A stretch of DNA of 32,313 nucleotides from a virus (taxonomy: Duplodnaviria; Caudoviricetes), in the IMG/VR virus record IMGVR_UViG_3300037721_000025, positions 1 to 32,313 of that record; one strand, given 5' to 3'. The notes beneath the pieces are model-generated. The model made no database searches. It worked only from the letters and a program-made list of their open reading frames with translations, and was not told where the DNA came from. The position numbers were made by a program, and so were the translations under genes. Below are positions 16,183 through 24,276 of this stretch, piece by piece; positions within the stretch are counted from its first letter, which is position 1; each line of letters starts with the position of its first letter.

Positions 16183-16811
16183 GCCAGCACCTCGCAGAAG
16201 GGCGAGCCAGAGTCGTCCTCCTCCATGTGCAGCCGGCGGTAGCTGTCCAGCGCGCGGTCGTACATCGCCTGCCAGACTGCAATGCGCGCGTCGTTCTTCG
16301 AGAAAGGCTCGGCGGCCAGCAGCGAACCGTACAGAGCAAGGTCGGGCGCGTTGACGATGATCCAGTGCGCCGCGGCATCGGCAGCGAAGCTGCGCAGCAG
16401 CGTCTGCTTGGCCCAATATGTGCCCTTGACCGTGTACGTACTGTCCGGCTCGGGCCCGAAGATGAAGTTGGCACCGTCGCGCGCAATCCAAATCGGCAGG
16501 CCGGTATCCCCGCCACGCGGGAACTTGCCATACATCTGCGTCAGCGACTTGCGATCCAGGCGCGTCGAGGGCGAGCCGTTGATGTACGCGACCTTCAGGC
16601 CGAGATAGCTCGCGGGCACTGCGATCACGGAACTCGCGATGGTCCCTATCGTGCCGCTGGTCTCCATCCACCGGCCGAAGTTCTTCGGCTCACGAAAGAA
16701 GTCCTCTTCCCAGTTCTGGACGAAATTCGGGATGAACGTCGAGAGATTCGAGCGCTTTAGGTAGTCCCCGACCGCGGTCAGAAGGCTGCTGTAGGTCGTG
16801 ATGATCGCCAA
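16179..16811 (-). CDS. Head-tail adaptor (tail tubular protein A-like)
   Basis: TTYSSL--AV-DYL-R start, P-PD--Y and PDL-LYGSL--A-PF motifs; TTG start. Confidence 0.85.
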   Translation of the reverse strand: MAIITTYSSLLTAVGDYLKRSNLSTFIPNFVQNWEEDFFREPKNFGRWMETSGTIGTIASSVIAVPASYLGLKVAYINGSPSTRLDRKSLTQMYGKFPRGGDTGLPIWIARDGANFIFGPEPDSTYTVKGTYWAKQTLLRSFAADAAAHWIIVNAPDLALYGSLLAAEPFSKNDARIAVWQAMYDRALDSYRRLHMEEDDSGSPFCEVLA

Positions 16812-16812
16812 G

Positions 16813-17175
16813 TCACAGCCTGCCTGGCGCCAACCGCAGGTGCCGATTGCTGATGTCGTTCAGGCGACGCTTGAGCTCCAACTGGTACCCGGGCCGCGAC
16901 TCGTCGAACAGGTTGAATCCTTCGCGGATCCACTGCTCGATGACCACGTTCGGGATGTTGGCGATCGGACGCATCGTGACGTTGGCCCACGGGCGCCAGG
17001 TCGGCGTCTCGTTGTACGACGCCTTGTTGAAATCCAGGTACGGCTCGACGTCCTGCACGCGATGGCAGACCAGCTTGTCGCCCTCGAAGCGCCACGTCTC
17101 GGCGATGTCATCGACGATGCCGGCTGCGGCATCGGTCTGGGCGTAGGCCTCGGCAAGCCAGTTCTGCTCGGTCAT
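16813..17175 (-). CDS. Conserved phage morphogenesis protein
   Basis: QDVEP-L--NK...A-IP-V--E-W...LND motifs typical of genes after the capsid in this phage type. Confidence 0.75.
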   Translation of the reverse strand: MTEQNWLAEAYAQTDAAAGIVDDIAETWRFEGDKLVCHRVQDVEPYLDFNKASYNETPTWRPWANVTMRPIANIPNVVIEQWIREGFNLFDESRPGYQLELKRRLNDISNRHLRLAPGRL

Positions 17176-17462
17176 CGCGTCATGAACCCCACTGACATGT
17201 TGCCGCCGGCAGCGGCCTGGATGACGGCTACCTTCTGCCCTGGCGTGACCACGAAGTAGTCCACGACTCCGGCAGCCATGTAGATCGAGTTATCGCCCAC
17301 AGTCGCGGTTGGGTTGTCGCCAATGTTGATCCATGCGGCGGCGTCGCAAGTCACCCGGATCACGTGGATGTTTGACGGTACTGCGGCGCTCTGAGTGTTG
17401 GTGGTGAACGCCACCAGATCAGAGACACCGCTGTACCGGTAGATGTTGGTATCGCGACTCAT
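17172..17462 (-). CDS. Small virion/head protein
   Basis: G-NPTAT...YF-V-PG-KVAVI beta-sandwich pattern; coupled. Confidence 0.75.
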   Translation of the reverse strand: MSRDTNIYRYSGVSDLVAFTTNTQSAAVPSNIHVIRVTCDAAAWINIGDNPTATVGDNSIYMAAGVVDYFVVTPGQKVAVIQAAAGGNMSVGFMTR

Positions 17463-17800
17463 TGGCTCAGTGTCACGGCGATGGTGACGGGCCGGGTGCT
17501 GTCACCGCCGCCATCCGATGTCACCTTGATCATGTCGCCCGCCACAACTGGGACGTCGTAGAGTGCGAAGTCGTGGTCTCCCTCGGCAGAGCCGCTGAAG
17601 GCCACCACGATCGTGGGTGAGAGGTTGGTGGCGTTCCTGGCGACTGTGAGCGTGGCATTTGCAGTGCCCAGTGCACCGGACAGCAGGCACTGCACCATGC
17701 GCAGCCGTCCGTTCACAGGCACCACAAAGCGCACGTCGCCCACAGCGCCGATGTCAGCCATCGGCAAGGTCATCGTGTACCAGTCGAGTGGTCTGGGCAT
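17459..17800 (-). CDS. Putative capsid decoration protein
   Basis: Beta-rich 113 aa directly after the major capsid gene. Confidence 0.7.
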   Translation of the reverse strand: MPRPLDWYTMTLPMADIGAVGDVRFVVPVNGRLRMVQCLLSGALGTANATLTVARNATNLSPTIVVAFSGSAEGDHDFALYDVPVVAGDMIKVTSDGGGDSTRPVTIAVTLSQ

Positions 17801-17810
17801 GGTGCACCTA

Positions 17811-18767
17811 TCAGGAAGTCGTGAGGTCGGCCACGATGCCGTGGGCCGAGGGGTTGCCGACTTCCAGAGTCCACTCGCACGTGATCAGCTTGCGCACGTT
17901 GTCGCCGGTCTTGGCGAGGTCCTGCACGTTGAAGTCGTCCAGGTAGGCGAGCTTCGCGTACTCAGGGTCCAGCAGGAACGCATCGCGGCTTCGGCTGAAG
18001 CGATCGGGGATCACCTTGAGGGTGTTGAAGTCGTCCTCGTAGATCATCACGCTGTTGACCAGCTTCTTGGCGCTGGCATCGACGTTGCGGTTCTGGTTGC
18101 CTGCGAAGTTGGAGACGGCCTTCTTGTTGAAGGTGCCCACCACCAACATGGTTGGCTCACCGCCGTTGTCGTAGCACTCCTGCGAGACTTCCTGGAGGAA
18201 TGATTCCTGGAACGCACGCTGCGTGCTGTCGGTCGCAGTGTCAGAGCCGTCACCAGTGGCGGCAGCGCCGACGCCATTGCGGTTCGTCGCGATCCACGTG
18301 GGCAGGCCAGCGCTCTTGCGGGGCGTGGTGTCGTTGCCGGCAACCTTCGCGGTGTTCGCGGTCAGCATGACCTCGATGTCGCGCTTGAGCTCCTTCATGT
18401 GCTTGCCGACCTGGTACGCCATCTCATCCTGCATGCCGGTCTTGTTGACCTTCTGCTGGGTGCGCGTGACGCCCGGGGTCTTGGTCGAGATGGCGCAGCG
18501 GTTGTTGAGCCGCACCTTGACTTTGGCAACGGTCAGGGTCGCGTCATCGCCTTCCACCTGCTCGTTCGCGGCCGCAGCCTCGAGCGCATCGGTCGTCCAC
18601 TCGTGCAGCACCGCACTCGCGGTCGTGCGAGACAGCGCCGAGAAGATCGGAGTTTCGGTCGGCGAGATGTCGTAGACGGTGCTTACGAGGTCTTCGCGGT
18701 TGCCACGGCCAACGCCAGAGGTCGCGGAAGCGTCATAGACGGAAAAAACATCGGCTGGCTGAGTCAC
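17811..18767 (-). CDS. Major capsid protein (DUF5309/SU10-like, HK97 fold)
   Basis: GNREDL---Y-ISP-ETP...HEW-TD-L, E-KRD-E and LAKTGD motifs. Confidence 0.93.
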   Translation of the reverse strand: MTQPADVFSVYDASATSGVGRGNREDLVSTVYDISPTETPIFSALSRTTASAVLHEWTTDALEAAAANEQVEGDDATLTVAKVKVRLNNRCAISTKTPGVTRTQQKVNKTGMQDEMAYQVGKHMKELKRDIEVMLTANTAKVAGNDTTPRKSAGLPTWIATNRNGVGAAATGDGSDTATDSTQRAFQESFLQEVSQECYDNGGEPTMLVVGTFNKKAVSNFAGNQNRNVDASAKKLVNSVMIYEDDFNTLKVIPDRFSRSRDAFLLDPEYAKLAYLDDFNVQDLAKTGDNVRKLITCEWTLEVGNPSAHGIVADLTTS

Positions 18768-18770
18768 GGT

Positions 18771-19898
18771 TCATACTCTGGCAACCCCAAGCGACTTCAA
18801 GACATTGGCGAGCGCTTGCTTATCCTTACCGCCGGACTTGCGCAGTTGGTCGCGGGCACTGGCCACGGCGACACTCTTCTGCGCAGCTTGGGATTGCGAG
18901 GCTCCCGGCTTCAACAACTTGGGCGCTTGCCGAACTTTGTTGAGCACTGCGGGCCGGCTCTTTTGGAGCTTCAGCCACTTCAGCGCATCTCTGGCCACCA
19001 TGAAGTCGCGGTGATCGACCAACGCATTCAACTCTTCGCCAGTGACGCCGTAGGCCTCACTGAACACCTCGCCCATTTCCTTCATCTCAGTCGCGCGAGC
19101 CTTGCTGTCCGCCCACTCGGGTACCTTGGACTCGAGCAGTTGCTTCTGCTCCTCCAAAAAGCCCTTGTGCTGCTGCGCTTGCTGCTGCTGCAGGGTCTGC
19201 CGCTCAGTGCCAAGTTGATTGGCGATCTGATCGAGCATTGCCTGCCGATGTTGGAAACTGACGTAGTGCTGGTTGAACGTTGCCGGGTCGGTCTGCTGCA
19301 ACTCCTGCCAGTTGATGCTGGCGAACTCGCCTTGCAGCAATCGCTGCGCGACCTGTACGCCTGCATCCACTTGTTGCAATTTCTGCTGATAGTCCGATTG
19401 GAGTCGTTGCGCCTGGGCCTCGAAGGCTTTGCGCTCGTCCGCATGGGCTTTCAGCTTGTTGCTAAGGTGGCCATCAAGTTGGAAGTTCTTCAGCGCCTGC
19501 CGGAGAGTCGTGCTGCCTTCCTTGCCGTCAATCTTGGTTGGGATGCTCAGGTCCATGATCCGGTCAAGGGTCAGGCCTGTGCGCTCCGCCAGTTCGGTTA
19601 CGGAAGTCAGCTCAACGTCGGCGTCGGCTGAATCGCCTTCGCTATCGGGAACCTCTGCTTCAGCGGCTACGGCCTGCGCCGGTACCGCCTTGGGAGCCTG
19701 TAAGGGCTCTTTTGTCTGGGTCGACTCGCCTGCAGTGTCATCCACCAGCCCCTGAGGGTCGCTCTTGGCGCTTGGCGGTGGTTGCTGGCCAGTTGGCCCA
19801 GACAAAAAAGCCTTCAGTCGATCGTGAGTAGAAGGGGGGGCGGCCGGCGCTGAAGAGGCAGCCGGCTGCTGTTGAACTTGGGTGGTCTCGTCAGCCAT
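18771..19898 (-). CDS. Capsid scaffolding protein
   Basis: Acidic N-terminus, KIDG-E motif, Gln-rich coiled coil, PEW-D; directly upstream of the capsid gene. Confidence 0.88.
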   Translation of the reverse strand: MADETTQVQQQPAASSAPAAPPSTHDRLKAFLSGPTGQQPPPSAKSDPQGLVDDTAGESTQTKEPLQAPKAVPAQAVAAEAEVPDSEGDSADADVELTSVTELAERTGLTLDRIMDLSIPTKIDGKEGSTTLRQALKNFQLDGHLSNKLKAHADERKAFEAQAQRLQSDYQQKLQQVDAGVQVAQRLLQGEFASINWQELQQTDPATFNQHYVSFQHRQAMLDQIANQLGTERQTLQQQQAQQHKGFLEEQKQLLESKVPEWADSKARATEMKEMGEVFSEAYGVTGEELNALVDHRDFMVARDALKWLKLQKSRPAVLNKVRQAPKLLKPGASQSQAAQKSVAVASARDQLRKSGGKDKQALANVLKSLGVARV

Positions 19899-20719
19899 TA
19901 CGCGCGCGCCGCGCTGGTGTACACGTAGTCAGCCGTGAGCGTCGGCGTGCCGCTGGTCGTTCGATTGAAGCCTGCAATGACTGGGGTGAGAGCCACCGTC
20001 GCCGTAGCCGCTCCAGTCATTGCCGTCCCAACCTGAGTGCCGTTGATGTAGAACGTGGCCACGCCTGCGCTGGTCAGCTCGATGCGGAAGATCTGGAACG
20101 TTGCGGCCACGGGGACAGCGGCGCTGTTCTGGTGCGTCGCGTCGGTGTTGTTCGCCACGCCCACCAGCCACCAGGTATCGGTCGCCATGCTGGTGTCGAA
20201 CATGAAGCCAACGCCGTCGGTCGCGTTGGTCGTGATCGTGTCTGCCGAGGCTGCTGACTGAATCGGCATTTCCAGCGCCGCGGTCTGGTCGGTCAGGCCG
20301 ATGAAAACTGCGATCGTGGTGATGATCGACATCGCAACCTTGGCCTCGAATACCAGGTCTCCCTGATTTGGCTTCCAGCACAAACCGCGGTCGAGTTGAA
20401 TTCCAGCCACGGCCATGGATGCCGTGGTGTCGCCCATGGTTCCTACAACGGTGCCGTTTGCCGCCGGTGTGACGGTCCATTCCACCGTGTTGGTGGTGCC
20501 CTTTCGGGATCGCCAACCATCTACAACGGTCGTCGAATAGACCTGCCCGCCGCCCGTGAAGTCATCGAAGTGCTGAACAAATCGCTGCGGGCCCTGATAG
20601 AACTGCGAGCCGGTGTCGCCGAGCACGATAGACCCGCGCTTGCTCATCAGCTCCTTGTTGGGCCCGAGCGATACCTCGTTGGAGCTGGAGTACAGAGAAC
20701 TCGTGCGCGTTGTTGCCAT
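19898..20719 (-). CDS. Putative head decoration/fibre protein (ConA-like beta-sandwich)
   Basis: Thr/Ala/Gly-rich; FDDF, FEAKV and FRIE...TFYING patterns. Confidence 0.65.
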   Translation of the reverse strand: MATTRTSSLYSSSNEVSLGPNKELMSKRGSIVLGDTGSQFYQGPQRFVQHFDDFTGGGQVYSTTVVDGWRSRKGTTNTVEWTVTPAANGTVVGTMGDTTASMAVAGIQLDRGLCWKPNQGDLVFEAKVAMSIITTIAVFIGLTDQTAALEMPIQSAASADTITTNATDGVGFMFDTSMATDTWWLVGVANNTDATHQNSAAVPVAATFQIFRIELTSAGVATFYINGTQVGTAMTGAATATVALTPVIAGFNRTTSGTPTLTADYVYTSAARA

Positions 20720-20979
20720 CAGTCGATTCTCTTGCCCCGTAGATTGAGCCGTTCGGTCGCCATTTCACCGCGCTGGATCAGGTAGGCGAGTTGCCGGGTC
20801 ACTGCCCCGAGAACCTGCACGGCAGTCACGAGTCTACTGTGTCCTTCGCAATCGTCAAGTTTTACTAAACGAACCTGCTCGATCAGGTCAGCCTCGATGC
20901 CGTGGATGCACTCAGCCAGCAACGGGTCGTTCAGAAGCTCCTGGGCGTGCTGGGCGCGGCGGACCTCCTCCTGGTCCGT
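20719..20979 (-). CDS. Conserved small protein downstream of portal; start uncertain (ACG 20979 or ATG 21093)
   Basis: DQEEVRRAQHAQELLNDPLL...G-MA is typical of the portal-adjacent gene; overlaps the portal 3' end. Confidence 0.7.
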   Translation of the reverse strand, partial: TDQEEVRRAQHAQELLNDPLLAECIHGIEADLIEQVRLVKLDDCEGHSRLVTAVQVLGAVTRQLAYLIQRGEMATERLNLRGKRID

Positions 20980-22918
20980 TGGCGAGTTCGGCGCCGATGC
21001 CTGGCTGGGCCAGATCGGTCGCGTACTGGAGTTCGAGCTTCGCCACATCGAGGCCAAACTGAGTACCCATCTTGGTGGCTTCCAACTGAGCATCGGTCTG
21101 TGACTCCTGTGCGCGCTGCTGCGCCTTCATTTTCTCGGCTTCGAGGTACGGGTCTGGGGGCGGCGGCTTCTCGGCCGTGGCTTGTGCGTATTCGGGTGAG
21201 TCAGGGTCGGTTGCGAACGGCTTGCCCTCGAAGCCCAGCTGGTTTTGCATCTCGGTGAAGAGGGCAAATGCGTTCTGCGGGCGGATCATCCCGGGGAATG
21301 CCGTGCCAAGTTGAGTCTGCGCGCCAGCCATCACACCAAGGTTCTGGCGCACCTCCTCCTTGGTCGTGCTGCCCACGGACACTGTCAGCTGCTCGCGCTC
21401 GAGCCACTGCGAGGGGTCAACCTCAACCCACTCCTTGCCCTGCTTGTAATGGCCTGACCAGTCCTGGTTGCGCCGGAGCATCCCGTGCAGCGAGGTGTAG
21501 AGCGAGGCGAGCCCGGTGTGCGCAAAGATCGTTGCGATCGCCTCGGTCAGCTGACTCGAGCTGGTCTTGGCGTCGATGTAGGCGCCCTTGGTGGCCTTTG
21601 CCAGCGTGTCTGCATCGAGGCCAGCAGACATGTCCCCGGTGCCCGTGCGCTTGTCCCTGGCCTGCCTCACGAGGTCTATGACGGGCAGGATCTGGCCCTG
21701 CATGGGGTTGACCGGGATCGGCATCATCGATGTGAGCGGCGAGCCCTTGACTGCCACGTGCCCACCGGGCCGGTTCACGCCGAGCATCTTCGTGTCGACC
21801 GTCGTGCTGTCGAACGCGATGCGCGGATTCATCGTGAAATACGTGTTGTCCAGGATGCCGCGCCACAGCGCCGTGTTGATGCGCAAAAGCTCTTCCATGC
21901 GGTCGTACACCGCAAGGCCGACGTGACGATGCGGCACAGGCGTCGGCGTCCAGGATTCCCAGTTGATTTCGGGGATTTCCTCGTCCTCCAGGATGTCATT
22001 GCCGGCCAGCAGCAGGTATCTGAGCTCAGCTATGCCGTCGTCATCCGCATCCAGGTACGTCCAGCACCCCATGAGGGTCAGTTCCTTGCTGGCCCACTGC
22101 ACTCCGCCCTCATCATCGCCCTCGTCGGTCTCGTTGACGGTATCCCGGGCGCGGCGCTCCTCGGATGTCTCGCGCCAGGTGTAGCTGGACAGTTCTCCAA
22201 CCCGTTTCTTGCTGTAGCCCATGTCTACGAGCTCTGAACGCGTCACATTGCGGCGAATGTGGCCCACAAACTTGGCTTCCTTGATGCTCCCCCGGCAATC
22301 CTTGTCGACGATGACCTCATCGGGCGGGTAAACAGCCATTTTCGGGCATCCGCGGTACTTTTTGGTCTTCCGCAGCTTGATATCCCACATCCCATTATCG
22401 TCCTGGGACGCTGCCATCACCTTGACCTCGTGATCTTGCCCAAGATCCTCCAATGTCATCGCCAATTGGTCGTCCGTCAGGCCCGTGAAGCGGTCGAATT
22501 CGGTCTTTTTGCCCTCCTCCCACCAGTAGTGCAGGTATCCAACCTTCTGCATCAGGCCGTCCTTGATCCAGTTGTAGAGGATCATGAACCCTGGGTTCTG
22601 CTTCCAAATCAGGTGGGTAATTGCCGAGGTTTCGCGCTTGGCCAGCAGCTCATCGCCGGGGCCGGTGGAGTCAAACTGGACGCATTCCTTGCTCATCAGT
22701 ACGCGCATCAGGCTGGGCATCATCCACTCGATGACGTCCATCAGATCCTTGGTGACGATCTGCGAGCGCCCCGCGATCTCGTTGCCGAGGGGACGCCCAA
22801 AGTATGAATCGAGCGCCTTGGTACGCTCCTCACGCAGCTCCGAATCGCTACCGTCTAGGGTTTTGCTGAGCCGCGCGCTGATGATTGCGCGCTTGTCGTC
22901 GTCGGTGAGCCTAGCGAT
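20912..22918 (-). CDS. Portal protein (probable non-canonical ATC start at 22918)
   Basis: The conserved N-terminal motif R--AL--Y-G-P-GNE--GRSQ-V--D--D-IEW-MPSL extends 59 codons upstream of ATG 22741. Also has D-D-DGIAE and P-P-PH---G motifs. Confidence 0.9.
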   Translation of the reverse strand: MARLTDDDKRAIISARLSKTLDGSDSELREERTKALDSYFGRPLGNEIAGRSQIVTKDLMDVIEWMMPSLMRVLMSKECVQFDSTGPGDELLAKRETSAITHLIWKQNPGFMILYNWIKDGLMQKVGYLHYWWEEGKKTEFDRFTGLTDDQLAMTLEDLGQDHEVKVMAASQDDNGMWDIKLRKTKKYRGCPKMAVYPPDEVIVDKDCRGSIKEAKFVGHIRRNVTRSELVDMGYSKKRVGELSSYTWRETSEERRARDTVNETDEGDDEGGVQWASKELTLMGCWTYLDADDDGIAELRYLLLAGNDILEDEEIPEINWESWTPTPVPHRHVGLAVYDRMEELLRINTALWRGILDNTYFTMNPRIAFDSTTVDTKMLGVNRPGGHVAVKGSPLTSMMPIPVNPMQGQILPVIDLVRQARDKRTGTGDMSAGLDADTLAKATKGAYIDAKTSSSQLTEAIATIFAHTGLASLYTSLHGMLRRNQDWSGHYKQGKEWVEVDPSQWLEREQLTVSVGSTTKEEVRQNLGVMAGAQTQLGTAFPGMIRPQNAFALFTEMQNQLGFEGKPFATDPDSPEYAQATAEKPPPPDPYLEAEKMKAQQRAQESQTDAQLEATKMGTQFGLDVAKLELQYATDLAQPGIGAELANGPGGGPPRPARPGASERPVAG

Positions 22919-23052
22919 AACTTGCCCCTGGCTTGCTCCGGTCTGGGAGCGGCAGGCGTGCCCAAATCGGCCTTGAGGGCAGCTAGCTCATTCTCAACTT
23001 TTTCTAAACGATCGGCAAGTGCGCGTATCCACGCCTGGTCGGCGAGTCTCAT
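22855..23052 (-). CDS. Small coiled-coil protein upstream of portal
   Basis: ALADRLEKVENELAALKA heptads; ATGA coupling; overlaps the portal 5' end. Confidence 0.65.
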   Translation of the reverse strand: MRLADQAWIRALADRLEKVENELAALKADLGTPAAPRPEQARGKLSLGSPTTTSAQSSARGSAKP

Positions 23053-23228
23053 GGCTTGTCAGGTGCTTTGGTGATGTGTCCGCAGGGGCAGTGGAACGCC
23101 AGGAGCCTGTACGGCTCAGCGCCCTTCGATCTCACCTCCCAGCGTCTGGAGCATCCATCGCATTTCACGTCCGTGAACCACGGGATGCCCCAAGAGTTTG
23201 GCGACGCCTCGTTCCAATGTTCACTCAC
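23049..23228 (-). CDS. Small Zn-ribbon protein (59 aa, not in ORF track)
   Basis: GTG start with AGGGGG SD; MSEHW...CDGC...CPCGH...DKP*. Confidence 0.65.
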   Translation of the reverse strand: MSEHWNEASPNSWGIPWFTDVKCDGCSRRWEVRSKGAEPYRLLAFHCPCGHITKAPDKP

Positions 23229-23251
23229 TGCCTATACCCCCTCGGCCAGTA

Positions 23252-23485
23252 TCATGGCTTCACCGCATAGCTTGGGTCGTATCTTGGCCGCCTTGGAAGG
23301 CTTGCCCCCGCTTCATCGACCAGCTTTTGAACTCGCTTCAAGATCTGGTCGCGCCTGACTTCCAGTGCCTGCCACTCCGCCCAGAGTTCATCGCTGATCT
23401 CGGCGTAGTATTCGGCGTCCGGGCACTCAAACATGCATGCGCCACCGCCATCATCGCAGTAGTACTCAATCCGGACCTTCTTCAT
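23252..23485 (-). CDS. Hypothetical protein
   Basis: AGGGGG SD, ATGA coupling. Confidence 0.7.
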   Translation of the reverse strand: MKKVRIEYYCDDGGGACMFECPDAEYYAEISDELWAEWQALEVRRDQILKRVQKLVDEAGASLPRRPRYDPSYAVKP

Positions 23486-23730
23486 CGCCTATACCCCCTT
23501 GGTCTGGTGCGCACCGGTGGCGCGCGTAATTCCTCGAGCGTCATGGTCTCGTACTGGTGCTCGGCCTGCTGGTGAGCCTCGTGCACGGCGCCGCACTCGT
23601 CCGAGACCTTCGCCATGCACTGGGCCGCAAGCAGGGTCATCTCCAGCAAGCCGTCATCGATCACGATGTCGCCGTCTGGATCCTCGACCGGGATGTAAAT
23701 GGTGGTTGACTTGAGCTTGACGCGCTTCAA
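23482..23730 (-). CDS. Hypothetical protein (TTG start preferred)
   Basis: GGAGG 5 nt before TTG 23730, which overlaps the TGA of the 23727-23822 ORF. Confidence 0.65.
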   Translation of the reverse strand: MKRVKLKSTTIYIPVEDPDGDIVIDDGLLEMTLLAAQCMAKVSDECGAVHEAHQQAEHQYETMTLEELRAPPVRTRPRGYRR

Positions 23731-23822
23731 AGCTTCCTCCAGTCGGGGCCGTACCATGCCAGCATCAACCGCCATTCACCGGATCCCCAGTGGTACCTGT
23801 AACGAAGCTTGGGCGGACTCAC
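23727..23822 (-). CDS. 31 aa Trp-rich peptide
   Basis: MSPPKLRYRYHWGSGEWRLMLAWYGPDWRKL*, coupled at both ends (GTGA, TTGA). Confidence 0.45.
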   Translation of the reverse strand: MSPPKLRYRYHWGSGEWRLMLAWYGPDWRKL

Positions 23823-24049
23823 GATAGTTGCCTCTGTGGACGAACCCAAATTGCATCGTAGTAATCATTTCCACGGGAGCGGATCTTGTATATATGGCGC
23901 TTAAATGAGATGGGATCGCAAGACAAGGGCTCCGAAAAATCAAGGCTGAGCGGCGGGTATTCATTCAACTCCCAGAACTCCGCAGAGGAATCGATCTCAA
24001 ACACCCGCCCATCGAAGTAGCCTCCAATAAACCTTGCGTACACATTCAT
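23819..24049 (-). CDS. Hypothetical phage protein (FIGG-xDG motif)
   Basis: ATG 24049 coupled to the upstream stop; visibly AT-richer. Confidence 0.7.
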   Translation of the reverse strand: MNVYARFIGGYFDGRVFEIDSSAEFWELNEYPPLSLDFSEPLSCDPISFKRHIYKIRSRGNDYYDAIWVRPQRQLS

Positions 24050-24276
24050 GCAGGCAAACTCTCTCTTTGAAACACAATTCCCAGCCAATGCACGCAGCCG
24101 AATTTCTGGCCAGTTTGAAAACCCCATCCTTTATCGTCCTCGATGTACACGCTTTCAGGCTTCATATCCGACAGCGTGATGTTGTAACCCCTGAGCCAGG
24201 AAGGTGATGAGCACGTACCCGTGTCGCCAGAATCGATGTTATGGCTCCAGAACTTGCAAGAGTAACATGTGTTCAC
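24046..24276 (-). CDS. Small Cys-motif protein (CxxC...C...FGC)
   Basis: NTCYSCKFW...GTC...T---FGC-HW, a common phage Cys motif; GTGA overlap with terL. Confidence 0.75.
   Translation of the reverse strand: MNTCYSCKFWSHNIDSGDTGTCSSPSWLRGYNITLSDMKPESVYIEDDKGWGFQTGQKFGCVHWLGIVFQRESLPA

Noticed and set aside
16183-16671. 163-codon N-terminal extension of the nozzle ORF given in the ORF track
   Set aside because: It overlaps the adaptor gene; GTG 16182 coupled to the adaptor stop is the better start.
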